A DNA stretch of 64,000 nt from Candidatus Poribacteria bacterium. Lineage in GTDB: Bacteria; Poribacteria; WGA-4E; JAJDTR01. Positions within the stretch are counted from its first letter, which is position 1. Every line of letters starts with the position of its first letter. Of the stretch, positions 41,607 to 51,501 are shown piece by piece. The position numbers and the translations under genes were made by a program. A model generated the notes under the pieces. The model saw nothing but the letters and a program-made list of their open reading frames with translations. It made no database searches and had not been told where the DNA came from. The stretch covers positions 5,536,001 through 5,600,000 of the forward strand of contig CBDCTK010000002.1 of NCBI GenBank assembly GCA_965222225.1. Reading direction: 5' to 3'.

Positions 41607-43385
41607 TTAGACTACAATCTCTTGATATGGGACATACAAGTCAGTTTTGCCGGCCACCTGCTCTTTGACCCCATCCACGATATGGTGCGGCATAAACGGT
41701 TCACCATCGTACTTGCGAATGTGGCCGTCAGCATCAAAACCGGTTTCACTGCGCAGATAACGCGCGAATTGCCCCGTATAGTTGTTTTCTACCATGATTG
41801 TCCGCTTGGCTGTCGAGAGCGCCTGTGTGATTTCTTCCACATGCAGAGGAACAATCCATTTTATCGCGAGTTGATTCGTAGGAATACCTTCCTGAGTTAG
41901 GATGCTTGCAGCCTCCTGAATTACACCTTTAGTGGTACCCCAACCGATGAGGGTAACCTCCGCATCTTCGGGGCCTTCCAATTCAGGCGGGGCGATTAGA
42001 GAGACGACGGGTTCCATTTTCCGCTGACGTTTCTCGACCATCGCGCGGCGTATATGCGGATTCGTGAACTCGTCGCTGATTAACCCTCCGTCTTCATCGT
42101 GTTCATCTGTCGCAACGACATGTAGATGTCCCGGCGTACCGGGCAATGCCCGCGGGGAGATTCCGTTCTCCGTAAGCTTGTAGCGCAAATACGTTTCTCC
42201 GGTGTTATCGGGTTCGGTGATTAGCTCGCCACGGTCGATTGGTTGTTCCCAATTGATGTCATCCGGATCGACAGTCGCGAACCCCTCCGACACTGAAAGA
42301 TCAGTGATAACAAGACCGGGGCACTGGAACTTGTCGACCAAATTGAACAACTCCGGGATTGTGTTAAAGCAATCCAATATATCGGTTACCGCGACGATAA
42401 TCTTTGGAAAATCCCCTTGACTGGCACCCAACATCTGCCATAAATCGCCTTGCTCTGTCTTCGTCGGAACACCAGTTGATGGGCCTGCGCGTTGGACGTT
42501 AATGGCTACCATTGGTATTTCCATCATTCCCGCGCTGCCAATCGCTTCAGTCATAAGCGCAAAGCCGCCACCGGAAGTGGCACACATGGCACGACAACCG
42601 GCATGAGCGGCACCAATCACCATATTGATGACGCCAATCTCATCTTCGACTTGTCTAACCATGATTCCCAAATCGTTCGCATTTTCAGCCATCCAGTGAA
42701 GAACACCGGTAGAGGGGCTCATAGGATAGGCGCAGTAAAAATTGACACCTGCTGCAGCACCACCCATGGCGAGCGCCTCGTTGCCACCAACTTGGGCAAG
42801 GGGTTTGTCTTTCTGCGGGAGCGAGGTAGAATAGGGAACGAAATGCTTGACCGCATAGTCATACGCGGCGCGAGCTACATCAACGTTTTCGTCAACGACA
42901 GCTTGTCCTTTTCGCTTAAATTGGAGCGTTAGGATTTCCTCTAGAAATTTGAACTCCAGACCGAGAAGATGGAGAATAGCCGCAACCGCCACGGTGTTCT
43001 GGACCAACTTATTTCGACTGTTGTTGCTAAGCTCCTTTACCGGCATTGGACACAGTTGAAGTCCTTCAGAAACTATTCCGGGCTTGATAGTATCACTGTT
43101 AAAAATCGCTGTTCCGCCCGGCACAACATGCTGAAGGTGGCGATCCATGGTGTCTTGGTTCAAACAGAACAACAGATCAATCTTATCTCCATGGCTTGTG
43201 ACCGGTTCTGTGCTGATTCGCGTGGTCAGAAAAATGTGACCGCCACGGATGATAGACTGATAGGAATTGTAAGAAAAAAACTGGAGACCGCGACGTGCAC
43301 AGATTCTAGCGAGAATGTTGCCAGGGGTAGCGATTCCCTGCCCAGCGGCCCCGCCGATAGCAATCGCGAAGTCAAATTTCGCCAT
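41607..43385 (-). CDS. korA: 2-oxoacid:ferredoxin oxidoreductase alpha subunit (gamma-alpha fusion)
   Basis: GGAAGQGI, IRGGH, YPMSPST, QVEDEI, TSGGGFALM, QRAGPSTGVPTKTEQGD. Confidence 0.95.
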   Translation of the reverse strand: MAKFDFAIAIGGAAGQGIATPGNILARICARRGLQFFSYNSYQSIIRGGHIFLTTRISTEPVTSHGDKIDLLFCLNQDTMDRHLQHVVPGGTAIFNSDTIKPGIVSEGLQLCPMPVKELSNNSRNKLVQNTVAVAAILHLLGLEFKFLEEILTLQFKRKGQAVVDENVDVARAAYDYAVKHFVPYSTSLPQKDKPLAQVGGNEALAMGGAAAGVNFYCAYPMSPSTGVLHWMAENANDLGIMVRQVEDEIGVINMVIGAAHAGCRAMCATSGGGFALMTEAIGSAGMMEIPMVAINVQRAGPSTGVPTKTEQGDLWQMLGASQGDFPKIIVAVTDILDCFNTIPELFNLVDKFQCPGLVITDLSVSEGFATVDPDDINWEQPIDRGELITEPDNTGETYLRYKLTENGISPRALPGTPGHLHVVATDEHDEDGGLISDEFTNPHIRRAMVEKRQRKMEPVVSLIAPPELEGPEDAEVTLIGWGTTKGVIQEAASILTQEGIPTNQLAIKWIVPLHVEEITQALSTAKRTIMVENNYTGQFARYLRSETGFDADGHIRKYDGEPFMPHHIVDGVKEQVAGKTDLYVPYQEIVV

Positions 43386-43725
43386 CTTTTGTCCTTTCTT
43401 GCCAATATACTCCCACTTTGGTCTTAAATGAACATATCATTATTTAGCATAAAACGACGAATTTATTCAGGTTGCCGTTATTGTTTAAGTCACTGGTCAG
43501 ATATGTTTTGATGGTTGGGTGATACCGGTTGGTGGGAAACTTGGCAACACTTAGCTATAAGGATAACACATCTACATTAGGATTTCAACTGAATTCTGTA
43601 TTTTTAAGCGCATTCGCATCTGGTCATTTGTTGTAGAGGCGGCTCTGCGTTGTTCAAGACCGGATGTGCTATGATTACGAGAAGAGGGGAAATCGAGGAT
43701 TTGACAATCGTCGATTTCAGAAGAA

Positions 43726-43750
43726 GTTGCGATTTTGAGATCGCTCCTAC
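43726..43750. repeat. GTAG-type REP-like palindrome
   Basis: GTTGCGATTTTGAGATCGCTCCTAC, matching 27391-27415. Confidence 0.6.
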
Positions 43751-43799
43751 AGGATAGCGGAACATTCTCGTTGGTCCAAAACTACATAGAAATCAAATC

Positions 43800-44402
43800 T
43801 TACAACTGATTCAATGCACTTTCCGCCTTGAGCGTTCCAATCTGTTTTAATGCATACACAGCGTGTTGACGAACTCGCTCGGATTCATCGCGCAAAACTT
43901 CCGTTAGCATGGGGATGGCGTCGTACGCGGATTCCCCGAGACGAGCGAGTGCAATAACCACATTTACGCGAACCTCTACATCTTCGTCGCGTAAGGCTTG
44001 GGTCAATGCAGGAACCGCGGCGACAGCGGAACTACGCATTATTCCCAGTGCCCTCGCAGCGTTTTCGCGAACAGGTTGATACGAATCTCCGAGGGCTTGA
44101 ATCAATGCCGGCACCGCAGCTTCACCTAGCCTGCCGAGTGCGTCGGCGGCATTGAGACCCCGATGCTTTATCTCATCTCCCATCGCCTCGATTAACTCGG
44201 GAATAGCGGGGGCACCAATCCGAGCAAGTGCGTCAGCGGCGCCATCGCACACATCCCAGATATCGTATCCAAGCGCTTCTATCAGCGCGGGTACAGCGGG
44301 GGCACCGATTTCAACCAAAGCAGAAGCCGCGGCATCTTGGATCTCATCATCTTCATCGCCTAATTCTTCGATTAGCTCATCTATATCGTGATTTTGTTCC
44401 AT
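43800..44402 (-). CDS. HEAT-repeat protein
   Basis: Tandem AA.AL..IG.PAVPALI.AL.D repeats. Confidence 0.9.
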   Translation of the reverse strand: MEQNHDIDELIEELGDEDDEIQDAAASALVEIGAPAVPALIEALGYDIWDVCDGAADALARIGAPAIPELIEAMGDEIKHRGLNAADALGRLGEAAVPALIQALGDSYQPVRENAARALGIMRSSAVAAVPALTQALRDEDVEVRVNVVIALARLGESAYDAIPMLTEVLRDESERVRQHAVYALKQIGTLKAESALNQL

Positions 44403-44407
44403 TACTG

Positions 44408-45811
44408 CTAATTCGTTCTCCGAGTTTTCTCAAGAATGGTGTTAAGCCGATCCACTTGCTCTTTGCGCAAGCGGTTATATACCCGCTCCGAAATCTCTTT
44501 TTTCTCATACATTTGGTCGAGGCGCGTAACCATTTCAAGTCGTGAAATTCGTGCATGTTCAAGGTCATCGGAATCGAGTTTGTTCAGCCAACTCGCATCG
44601 GGAGCGGTTTGAGGTTCGTCCGGCTTGGCGGTTTGCGCCCCGCTGGAGCGCACCATGAAGATTGCCGCGACCAAGAAGCCACTGGCACACGCCGCAGCAA
44701 ATGCGATTAGGGCAATCATCTTGGCGTTTGCGGGTTGGCTTAGGCTCAGCCCCGCATTCCTCCCCGCCGATGTGACCGGGGCAACCTTGAAATTAAGCAG
44801 GGCGGTCTTGCCGATAGGCAACGGTTTGGCGGGATTGATGGCGTAAATGATGTACGTCGTTTCGTGAATCTGTTCTCGACGACCAGCGCCCAAAATAGGG
44901 GATTGAGGCGTGAGCGGTAATCCCTCGGTGATGAAGACATAGAGCTGGTCGGTATCAAAGGAGAGCGCGCGCGACAGATCCAAACCGGAATTCTCAATGT
45001 GCATGATGTAGGAGAAGCCGGAACCGAATTTTCCCGGCGGCAGCGGTTGTTTGGATATCAGCTTGTTCGATTCTAGGGCAAGATCTTTGCTTATCATAGA
45101 GTCAATCTGGAGACCTTCATAACCGATTGGCAGGTTCAGATACATTCCCACGGATTGGCTGTTGACCGTTGTCCGGAACTCCATTTCGCTCGTATTTTCG
45201 AATTGAATGAGTTCCATTATCGATACAGCGCCATCGGGCGCATGGTCCGGCGGGGGCGGTGCGATGATAATCGTGTGCCCGCGAACTTTCACCACTGAAT
45301 GGTCATCGGTGAAATTCCCAATTTCGATGTCCACATTGGACTCTGGTACCCAAGTCGACAACACCAGATCGGTTTCCACGTGTTCCTTATCTTCGTGGAT
45401 GGTCGAAACGCCATAGTACGTTTCCATGCCGAATGGCAGGTTATCGAAGCTGTATGAGCCATCGCTCGTCGTTATTGTTTCACGCTGCTGCGTCTCCGCA
45501 CCTTGGTGAATCGTTAACGTGACCTTCTGGTCTACAAGCGGTTTATTGCTTTGCCTATCAATTACTTTCCCTTTTATGGTGCCCGTTGCGTTTTGTGCTG
45601 TAGCAGGCGAGAGAAAGACGAGATAGGTGGCTGCAAAGCAAGATACCAAGAGGATGAATCGCGAAAAATGCAATCCATGGGGCGCGGCGGGTGTTTGGCA
45701 GTTTGGCAATTGTGGAGTCCAGACGATTTGCATTATTGATTTAGCTTTCACCCTTTGTCCTTCTATATCTTTCGATTTCTTCTTCAACCGAAATCGTTCC
45801 AGGCGATTCAA
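44408..45811 (-). CDS. Ccm-associated membrane protein with carboxypeptidase-regulatory-like (beta-sandwich) domain; start probably near 45734
   Basis: GTIKGKVID...T.SDGSYSFDNL, C-terminal TM, and LDQMYEKKEISERVYNRLR (CcmI-like helix motif). Confidence 0.65.
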   Translation of the reverse strand: MNRLERFRLKKKSKDIEGQRVKAKSIMQIVWTPQLPNCQTPAAPHGLHFSRFILLVSCFAATYLVFLSPATAQNATGTIKGKVIDRQSNKPLVDQKVTLTIHQGAETQQRETITTSDGSYSFDNLPFGMETYYGVSTIHEDKEHVETDLVLSTWVPESNVDIEIGNFTDDHSVVKVRGHTIIIAPPPPDHAPDGAVSIMELIQFENTSEMEFRTTVNSQSVGMYLNLPIGYEGLQIDSMISKDLALESNKLISKQPLPPGKFGSGFSYIMHIENSGLDLSRALSFDTDQLYVFITEGLPLTPQSPILGAGRREQIHETTYIIYAINPAKPLPIGKTALLNFKVAPVTSAGRNAGLSLSQPANAKMIALIAFAAACASGFLVAAIFMVRSSGAQTAKPDEPQTAPDASWLNKLDSDDLEHARISRLEMVTRLDQMYEKKEISERVYNRLRKEQVDRLNTILEKTRRTN

Positions 45812-46118
45812 TCTGTGTCACAACTGCCGCAGTCTCATTGAGGAGTTGTTTCCTCAATGTTTGATAGTCTTGTTCGGACAGTTTGCCAACCTCGTAATCT
45901 TCATCAAGGTCCACGAGTGCAGAAAAACTGCGCTCACGTTCGTGGAACAACTGCTGTATGTTGGATTCGACGGCATCCATTTCGGGTGCAGTGTGTCCCC
46001 TAAATCGTAAGGGTAGACCAAGGTAAACTATCAGAGGGATTCCAAGTAGCAAAATCCACAAAATAATCAAAAACATCGCGATTAACTCCTTGGACAGAGC
46101 AGGCAGAGAGCCATCCAA
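45741..46118 (-). CDS. CcmI-like N-terminal domain protein
   Basis: TM followed by LVDLDEDYEVGKLSEQDYQTLR, within the ccm cluster. Confidence 0.7.
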   Translation of the reverse strand: MDGSLPALSKELIAMFLIILWILLLGIPLIVYLGLPLRFRGHTAPEMDAVESNIQQLFHERERSFSALVDLDEDYEVGKLSEQDYQTLRKQLLNETAAVVTQIESPGTISVEEEIERYRRTKGES

Positions 46119-46139
46119 ATAAACCCCTAAGTCTACTTA

Positions 46140-46691
46140 TTATCGCCCCTGCTTAAGGCTTTCGAGTTCGGCTTCAATTTGTTTTTGCACGTTCTCGGAT
46201 ACAGCCGTGCTTTTTCCCGGGGGCTCAGGTTGCGTGGTTATTGAGGAACGCATTTTCGATTTGATTACAAGAAAAATGACTACACCAATCAAGACGATTA
46301 TAATGACGGGCATTATGTAGGCGACAAGGTTGAAACCGGTGGGCGGCATGAGGGCAGAGAACTGTGTGCCATATTTGGTGATGTATTCATTGCGAATCTG
46401 TTCAACACTACTGCCGGCTAGAAGACGATTGCGAAAATCAGCCTCAATCTGCCGGGCTGTTCCACACACACACTGTTGGATTGTCTCCCTTGTACATCCA
46501 CAGTAACAGTATACACTCGTCTTCAACTGTTCTAGCTGGGTGTCAATGGCTGGCTGTACGCCGCCACTTGTTTCGTTAGCAGATACGACCCAAGAACTGG
46601 CGCCGAGGGTTAATCCAAATACAAGAGCTATGCGTAGGAGTTGGAGTGAGGTCATCTTAGCTCGACTTTGTACATTTGAGTGAGATAACAA
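46140..46691 (-). CDS. ccmH: Cytochrome c biogenesis protein CcmH-like
   Basis: Signal peptide, CYCGC...C.C, G.S.EQI...Y..KYG, PP.TGFNLVAY.MP, TM. Confidence 0.75.
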   Translation of the reverse strand: MLSHSNVQSRAKMTSLQLLRIALVFGLTLGASSWVVSANETSGGVQPAIDTQLEQLKTSVYCYCGCTRETIQQCVCGTARQIEADFRNRLLAGSSVEQIRNEYITKYGTQFSALMPPTGFNLVAYIMPVIIIVLIGVVIFLVIKSKMRSSITTQPEPPGKSTAVSENVQKQIEAELESLKQGR

Positions 46692-46799
46692 ACGGTGTCA
46701 ATTGAACGTTCAAGAAAAGCGGGGAGATTTTAACCATCTGGTCTTTTTGGTTGACCATTGAAAAAGTCGGCGGCGGTTTCTGATATTGTGCAACCTGTC

Positions 46800-46994
46800 G
46801 GAATCTCTATCGCACTCACTACTTTAGGATTTACTATGGGACTTCTATCGCGGTCACTATCCGTTCCCTTGATCCTTCGTTATCCACTCAGTTGATCGTT
46901 CGTTTGATCCCGCGCTGGGGCTCTAATGTAAACAACTCGCTGGTGCTAGACACCGAAGATTTCTATCGCACTCGTTATTCACTCCCTTGATCTC
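46800..46994 (-). repeat. Largest GA-hairpin repeat cluster (two full and three partial copies)
   Basis: CTATCGC-AC-TC-AC-TA (partial); GG-TC-AC-TATCC-GT-TC-CC-TTGATC; CT-TC-GT-TATCC-AC-TC-AG-TTGATC; GT-TC-GT-TTGATCCC; AC-TC-GT-TATTC-AC-TC-CC-TTGATC. Confidence 0.88.
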
Positions 46995-47074
46995 TGCTGG
47001 AGCGGAAGGTTAAGCGCTTCAACCTTAGCGTAAAACCGATGGATTTTCAAACGAGGTCTCAATTTGTGAATCGG

Positions 47075-49096
47075 TTACGATTCAAGTTCTTTCATCTGAT
47101 GCTTTTCAGCTAGGGCAACAACCCCACCAATCATCATAACGCCGACACCAATCCAAACGAGATTGATGAGAGGATTGTGGTAAACTTGAAGAGGAACGAG
47201 TTGCCCCGACCGCACAAAGGAGGGCACGTCTTCCGGCAGCGGCCCCAAAGCAATATAGATATCGTTCAATCCGAATTGTCGGATGGCTGATTCTATCGTA
47301 TCTTGTTCGCCTTGTCCCGCTCTATCGTAGAAACCACGCGCCGGACGCATGGTAGCAATCTTCTCGCCCCCTTTTTCAACGGCGATAACAACCCCACCGC
47401 GCGAGTGATTTGAGTGCCTTTCCAGAAAAGCGTCCTCCATCGTCAGGGTGTATTGTCCGACATCCATTGACTCTCCGAGTTTCAGACTCTTTGATTCCAA
47501 CAGGAAGTAGCCTTTGGACCCCATTATTCCGATGTACAGAATAACGATTCCAATGTGGACGATATAGCCGCCGTATCGTCGCTTATTGCGTTGAATGAGG
47601 CGCGAAAGCCCGTGAAAGAGAGAGGTTTCTCCACGCTTGGCCCTTAATTTTGCGCCGCGATAGAACTCGTCAAAGATGGCTACGCAAGCGAATACACCGC
47701 CAAAGGCGCACAGTACAGAATAAACCGGTGTCGTGTGTCCTCTAAACGCAAGATAGCCCCACATTATTGCACCGCCGATCAATCCAAAGAGAATCGGTTT
47801 GGCGAACATTCGCTTGAAATTGCTCGGGGTCAATTTTTTCCATGAAATGATTGGGCCGGCACCCGTCAAGAAGAGAAGCAGTAGACCGGGAATGATAACA
47901 ACTTTATTGAAGAATGCTTCCGGTACGGCGGATTTATTTCCCGTAACTCCTTCCGTGATGATGGGCCACAGCGTCCCCCAAAGGATAATCAGCGTCAATC
48001 CTACAAACATCCAGTTGTTAAGGAGGAACGCACTTTCGCGGGAGAGAATTGATTCGAGGCGGTTTGGACTTTTTAGGTCGTTCCACCGGTAGTAAATCAA
48101 CCAGGCAACGCCAAGGCAGGAAAACGCAATAAATCCCAAGAAATAGCCACCAATATCCGACTGTGCAAACGCATGCACAGAGGAAATTACCCCGCTGCGC
48201 GTGATGAACGTCCCCAACAGGGTGAACTCAAACGCCAGCGTAATCAGGACGATATTCCAGAGTTTGAGCATATTCCGTTTTTCTTGGATCATTACGGAAT
48301 GAAGATAGGCAGTGCTCAGCAGCCATGGCATAAAGGAGGCGTTTTCGACCGGATCCCACGCCCAGTAGCCGCCCCAACCGAGTTCGCGATACGCCCAATT
48401 TCCACCTAGCGTGATGCCGACCGTGAGAACCAGCCATGAGGCTATCACCCAACGCCGTGAGCGAAAGATCCAGTTGCTGCCGGTTTCTCCAGCTGCCAAG
48501 GCTCCAACCGCGTATGCAAACGGCACCGTCAAACTAACAAAGCCGATATAAAGGGACGGGGGATGAAACGCCATGCTGGGGGTTTGCAGCAACGGGTTCA
48601 TTCCCGCGCCATCGGGGAGCGCCGCGCCGTTTGGGAAACGTGCTAGCGGATTGTACACTCCCTCAATTAGACCAGTGACGAGGATTATGAAGAAGAGTTG
48701 AACGGTTGAGATGGGGACCAGAGCGTAATCACCGAGCCGGTCTTTTGCTCGACGATTTTGCCAAGTGACCAGCGCTCCGAACAGTGTGAGAAGCCAGAGC
48801 CAGAACAGCAGGGAACCGGACATTCGTCCCCATAGCGCAGTAATCTTATACATCAAGGGTTGATCGTGGCTTGAGACCTCGGCGACGTATTTCATTGAAA
48901 AATCATCGGTCACAAAGCCGTAGATCAGCGCTCCAGTAGCCAAACTAATCAGAAGAAACGTGGCAACCACGCCGTTACGTCCGCTAATAATGGCGCCGGA
49001 ACTCCTATAGCGCAAGCCTGTACAAAGCAGGACAATTGCCCATAAACAGGAGAACACCGATAGCCATATCGCGGCGTGACCTATTTCCGCTACCAT
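47075..49096 (-). CDS. ccmF: Heme lyase CcmF
   Basis: GSLLFW, GMNPLLQ, HPP.LY.G, WAYRELGWGGYWAWDPVENASFMPWL, TRSG..SSVHAF. Confidence 0.97.
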   Translation of the reverse strand: MVAEIGHAAIWLSVFSCLWAIVLLCTGLRYRSSGAIISGRNGVVATFLLISLATGALIYGFVTDDFSMKYVAEVSSHDQPLMYKITALWGRMSGSLLFWLWLLTLFGALVTWQNRRAKDRLGDYALVPISTVQLFFIILVTGLIEGVYNPLARFPNGAALPDGAGMNPLLQTPSMAFHPPSLYIGFVSLTVPFAYAVGALAAGETGSNWIFRSRRWVIASWLVLTVGITLGGNWAYRELGWGGYWAWDPVENASFMPWLLSTAYLHSVMIQEKRNMLKLWNIVLITLAFEFTLLGTFITRSGVISSVHAFAQSDIGGYFLGFIAFSCLGVAWLIYYRWNDLKSPNRLESILSRESAFLLNNWMFVGLTLIILWGTLWPIITEGVTGNKSAVPEAFFNKVVIIPGLLLLFLTGAGPIISWKKLTPSNFKRMFAKPILFGLIGGAIMWGYLAFRGHTTPVYSVLCAFGGVFACVAIFDEFYRGAKLRAKRGETSLFHGLSRLIQRNKRRYGGYIVHIGIVILYIGIMGSKGYFLLESKSLKLGESMDVGQYTLTMEDAFLERHSNHSRGGVVIAVEKGGEKIATMRPARGFYDRAGQGEQDTIESAIRQFGLNDIYIALGPLPEDVPSFVRSGQLVPLQVYHNPLINLVWIGVGVMMIGGVVALAEKHQMKELES

Positions 49097-49124
49097 ACCT
49101 TACTCCCTCACTACGCACCGCTTG

Positions 49125-49550
49125 TCAATAATCGGCGGTGCCTCCCGCGTTTTCAGCGGCTTCATACTTGGAGGCGCACTTCGTTGTCAATTTTGAGGCG
49201 GTTATGAGGTTGCGCTCTGCGTCGTATTTCCCTTCAACAAAGACATTTCCGCCCTCTTTGAAGTTGTCGGGTTTGAGTTTCGAGTAGATTACATTGACTG
49301 TCGATTCCCTCTGACGGTCGCGTATGGCGAAGGTTAGCTCAAACTCCGCCGCATCCCATTTCGGACTTCCTTCCAAGATGAGTCCATCTACTTGAACGCC
49401 TTTATTATCGACCGAGGCGGCATTAGCGACCAACTGATCAGGGGTGTAATGTCGAATACTGGTGTTTCTGATACCTGCAACAACCAGGAACGCCATCGCA
49501 GAAGCCAGTATGACGCTTGCGGCAATGATTTTGGTTCTTTGACGTCGCAT
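49125..49550 (-). CDS. ccmE: Heme chaperone CcmE, CxxxY variant
   Basis: N-terminal anchor, PDNFKEG..V.VEG, KCASKY. Confidence 0.9.
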   Translation of the reverse strand: MRRQRTKIIAASVILASAMAFLVVAGIRNTSIRHYTPDQLVANAASVDNKGVQVDGLILEGSPKWDAAEFELTFAIRDRQRESTVNVIYSKLKPDNFKEGGNVFVEGKYDAERNLITASKLTTKCASKYEAAENAGGTADY

Positions 49551-49840
49551 TTCGATACTCCTTGTGTTTGTACGAGCTCGCGCTCAAGGTTGCACTTGCC
49601 TAAATATTACCTTGATTTCATCGGGAATACAAACGAAAATCCCGTTGCGGCGATGGATTGGCTCGGGATCTTGCCCGCTGACCACGATTTCCCGTGAGTG
49701 TTCGTGAGTGTTAAGGATTAGATTCTACCACATCTTACACGAAATGGTGAGAAGTAAGAGAGGGAAATCAGTGATTTCACGATTACCAATCCGGTCAAAC
49801 AGGAGTGCAAAAGAGAGTAACCGAGTTTTCCAAGAAAAAA

Positions 49841-49877
49841 GGGATCTCTATCGCACTCCCTATTTGGTCGCTTGATC
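49841..49877 (-). repeat. Covarying GA-hairpin repeat, full copy
   Basis: GGGATCTCTATCGC-AC-TC-CC-TATTT-GG-TC-GC-TTGATC. Confidence 0.88.
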
Positions 49878-49974
49878 GGTTTCGTCCACGAAAGCAAATC
49901 AATGGCTTGATAACTGTCAATCCCTATAGCTTCCAGGATCAGGTGCGATTGCTCTTAGCGCTTCAGGAATCACC

Positions 49975-50003
49975 TTGACAGGGATTTCGCAGCAAAGTAC
50001 AAT
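49975..50003 (+). promoter_or_regulatory. Sigma-70 promoter
   Basis: TTGACA-N17-TACAAT, about 60 bp upstream of 50066. Confidence 0.7.
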
Positions 50004-50065
50004 ATACGAATGGGTCTCCACGTTTTGTTGGCATTTCAGGACAGAGGAGCAAGGAGGACGTTCTC

Positions 50066-51307
50066 ATGAAAAGGCAGACATTTCATCCTAAACCCACTTT
50101 CTTCGCCACGCCCCTGATAATTCTATGCTTGATAGGTTTTACCCTCCCTAATAGTTATGGGGCATCCAAGCGCATCGCGGTTTTGTATTTTAAAGATTAT
50201 AGCCAGTTCGATTCGCCAACCGGCTGCGGCTGCATCCCGGGCGTCATCGGCGAAATTTTCAGTGGCAAAAAACGGTTGTGGAATCTTGAAGCAGGGTTTA
50301 CGGGTTTGTTGAATCGAAGACTTAAGGCGACGGAGGTATATGAGCCCATCCCGCAAGATGAGATTCTTGATGCAATGAAGCATTTGGGATTCTCTCGCAA
50401 GGATGTAAGAAAGAACGCCGAGGTGCGAAAATTGCTTGCCGAGCAGTTAAAAGCCGAGGCACTTGTAGTGGGCAGCGTCCGCAAATTCGGTCAAGAGCGA
50501 GCACGTGCAAATGCCTCTCGCTCGTTGCAACAGGGAAGTAGACAAGGTGGAGTAGCCAGCAGCTATCTAACAGGTGTACAGGTGTTGGGTTACGTCTATA
50601 CAGCGCGTATTAAGCTGGAAATGCAGTTCTATGGCGCGTCCGGCAAAGAGGTGGCTACGCCCGAGGTTTCCGCGAGCAGACGACATCAACTCGGCGGGGC
50701 ACAAATTGCGGCGTTCCAAGTCATTGCGACGGAGGAAGGGACGGAACTTAACTTTGGGCAGTCACCTCGTGCGGACAGGAAGTTTCGCCCTATCGTTCGT
50801 CCGGGAGAGGTAAGCAGCATAGCCTTCGGCACTCCACAGTATGATCAGACGCTACTCGGTATGGTGACAGACGACGTATTGTTAAAGGTGGTGAAAAAAC
50901 TGCGCCTGCATGTTGGTCCTGCATTTATCTTACCGTCGGAAGTCGCGGCGCTGGAAAAAAGGAACAACGGAGCGCGCGGCGAGTTGAAGTCTTCATCGGG
51001 TCCCATCACCGGAACGATTATCCATATAGACGCAAAAGATCAGAAGAACGCTTATATCAATGTTGGTTCCGCGATGGGCGTCCAAGTCCAACAGCAGTTA
51101 ATCGTTTATGCGAAGGGAGAGCCGTTAACGGATCCGGATACAGGCGATGTGATAGATTATCTTCCTGTCAAGGTAGGTAAAATCGAAGTTGCCGAGGTGC
51201 GAAACGATCGTGTGTCCAGAGTAAATATCATTGAGGGATTCGGCGAAGTTAAAATTGGGCACAGGGTTCGAGGAAGCACGGTCGCACTACCAAAAAACGG
51301 CGAGTAA
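50066..51307 (+). CDS. Secreted CsgG/FlgT-like protein
   Basis: Signal peptide, KRIAVLYF..., ALVVGSVRKFG, C-terminal YINVGS..GV...G.PLTDPDTG.V resembling FlgT_C. Confidence 0.65.
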   Translation: MKRQTFHPKPTFFATPLIILCLIGFTLPNSYGASKRIAVLYFKDYSQFDSPTGCGCIPGVIGEIFSGKKRLWNLEAGFTGLLNRRLKATEVYEPIPQDEILDAMKHLGFSRKDVRKNAEVRKLLAEQLKAEALVVGSVRKFGQERARANASRSLQQGSRQGGVASSYLTGVQVLGYVYTARIKLEMQFYGASGKEVATPEVSASRRHQLGGAQIAAFQVIATEEGTELNFGQSPRADRKFRPIVRPGEVSSIAFGTPQYDQTLLGMVTDDVLLKVVKKLRLHVGPAFILPSEVAALEKRNNGARGELKSSSGPITGTIIHIDAKDQKNAYINVGSAMGVQVQQQLIVYAKGEPLTDPDTGDVIDYLPVKVGKIEVAEVRNDRVSRVNIIEGFGEVKIGHRVRGSTVALPKNGE

Positions 51308-51501
51308 CTGAGCGTGCGGTCTGGATTTGGCAATCCAGACCGAGCAGTACGAGGGGTCGCCGAACAGAGAAGCGTAATGTGAATTGCGCAAGTCCTATCC
51401 AAGTCCTAATCTAGGTTAAAACAGACTTCCATTTCTAGCGTATTCGACGTTTTTCTCGATTCAAGTTTTCCGCAACTCCGAATGGGAGTGGAACGCCATC
51501 T

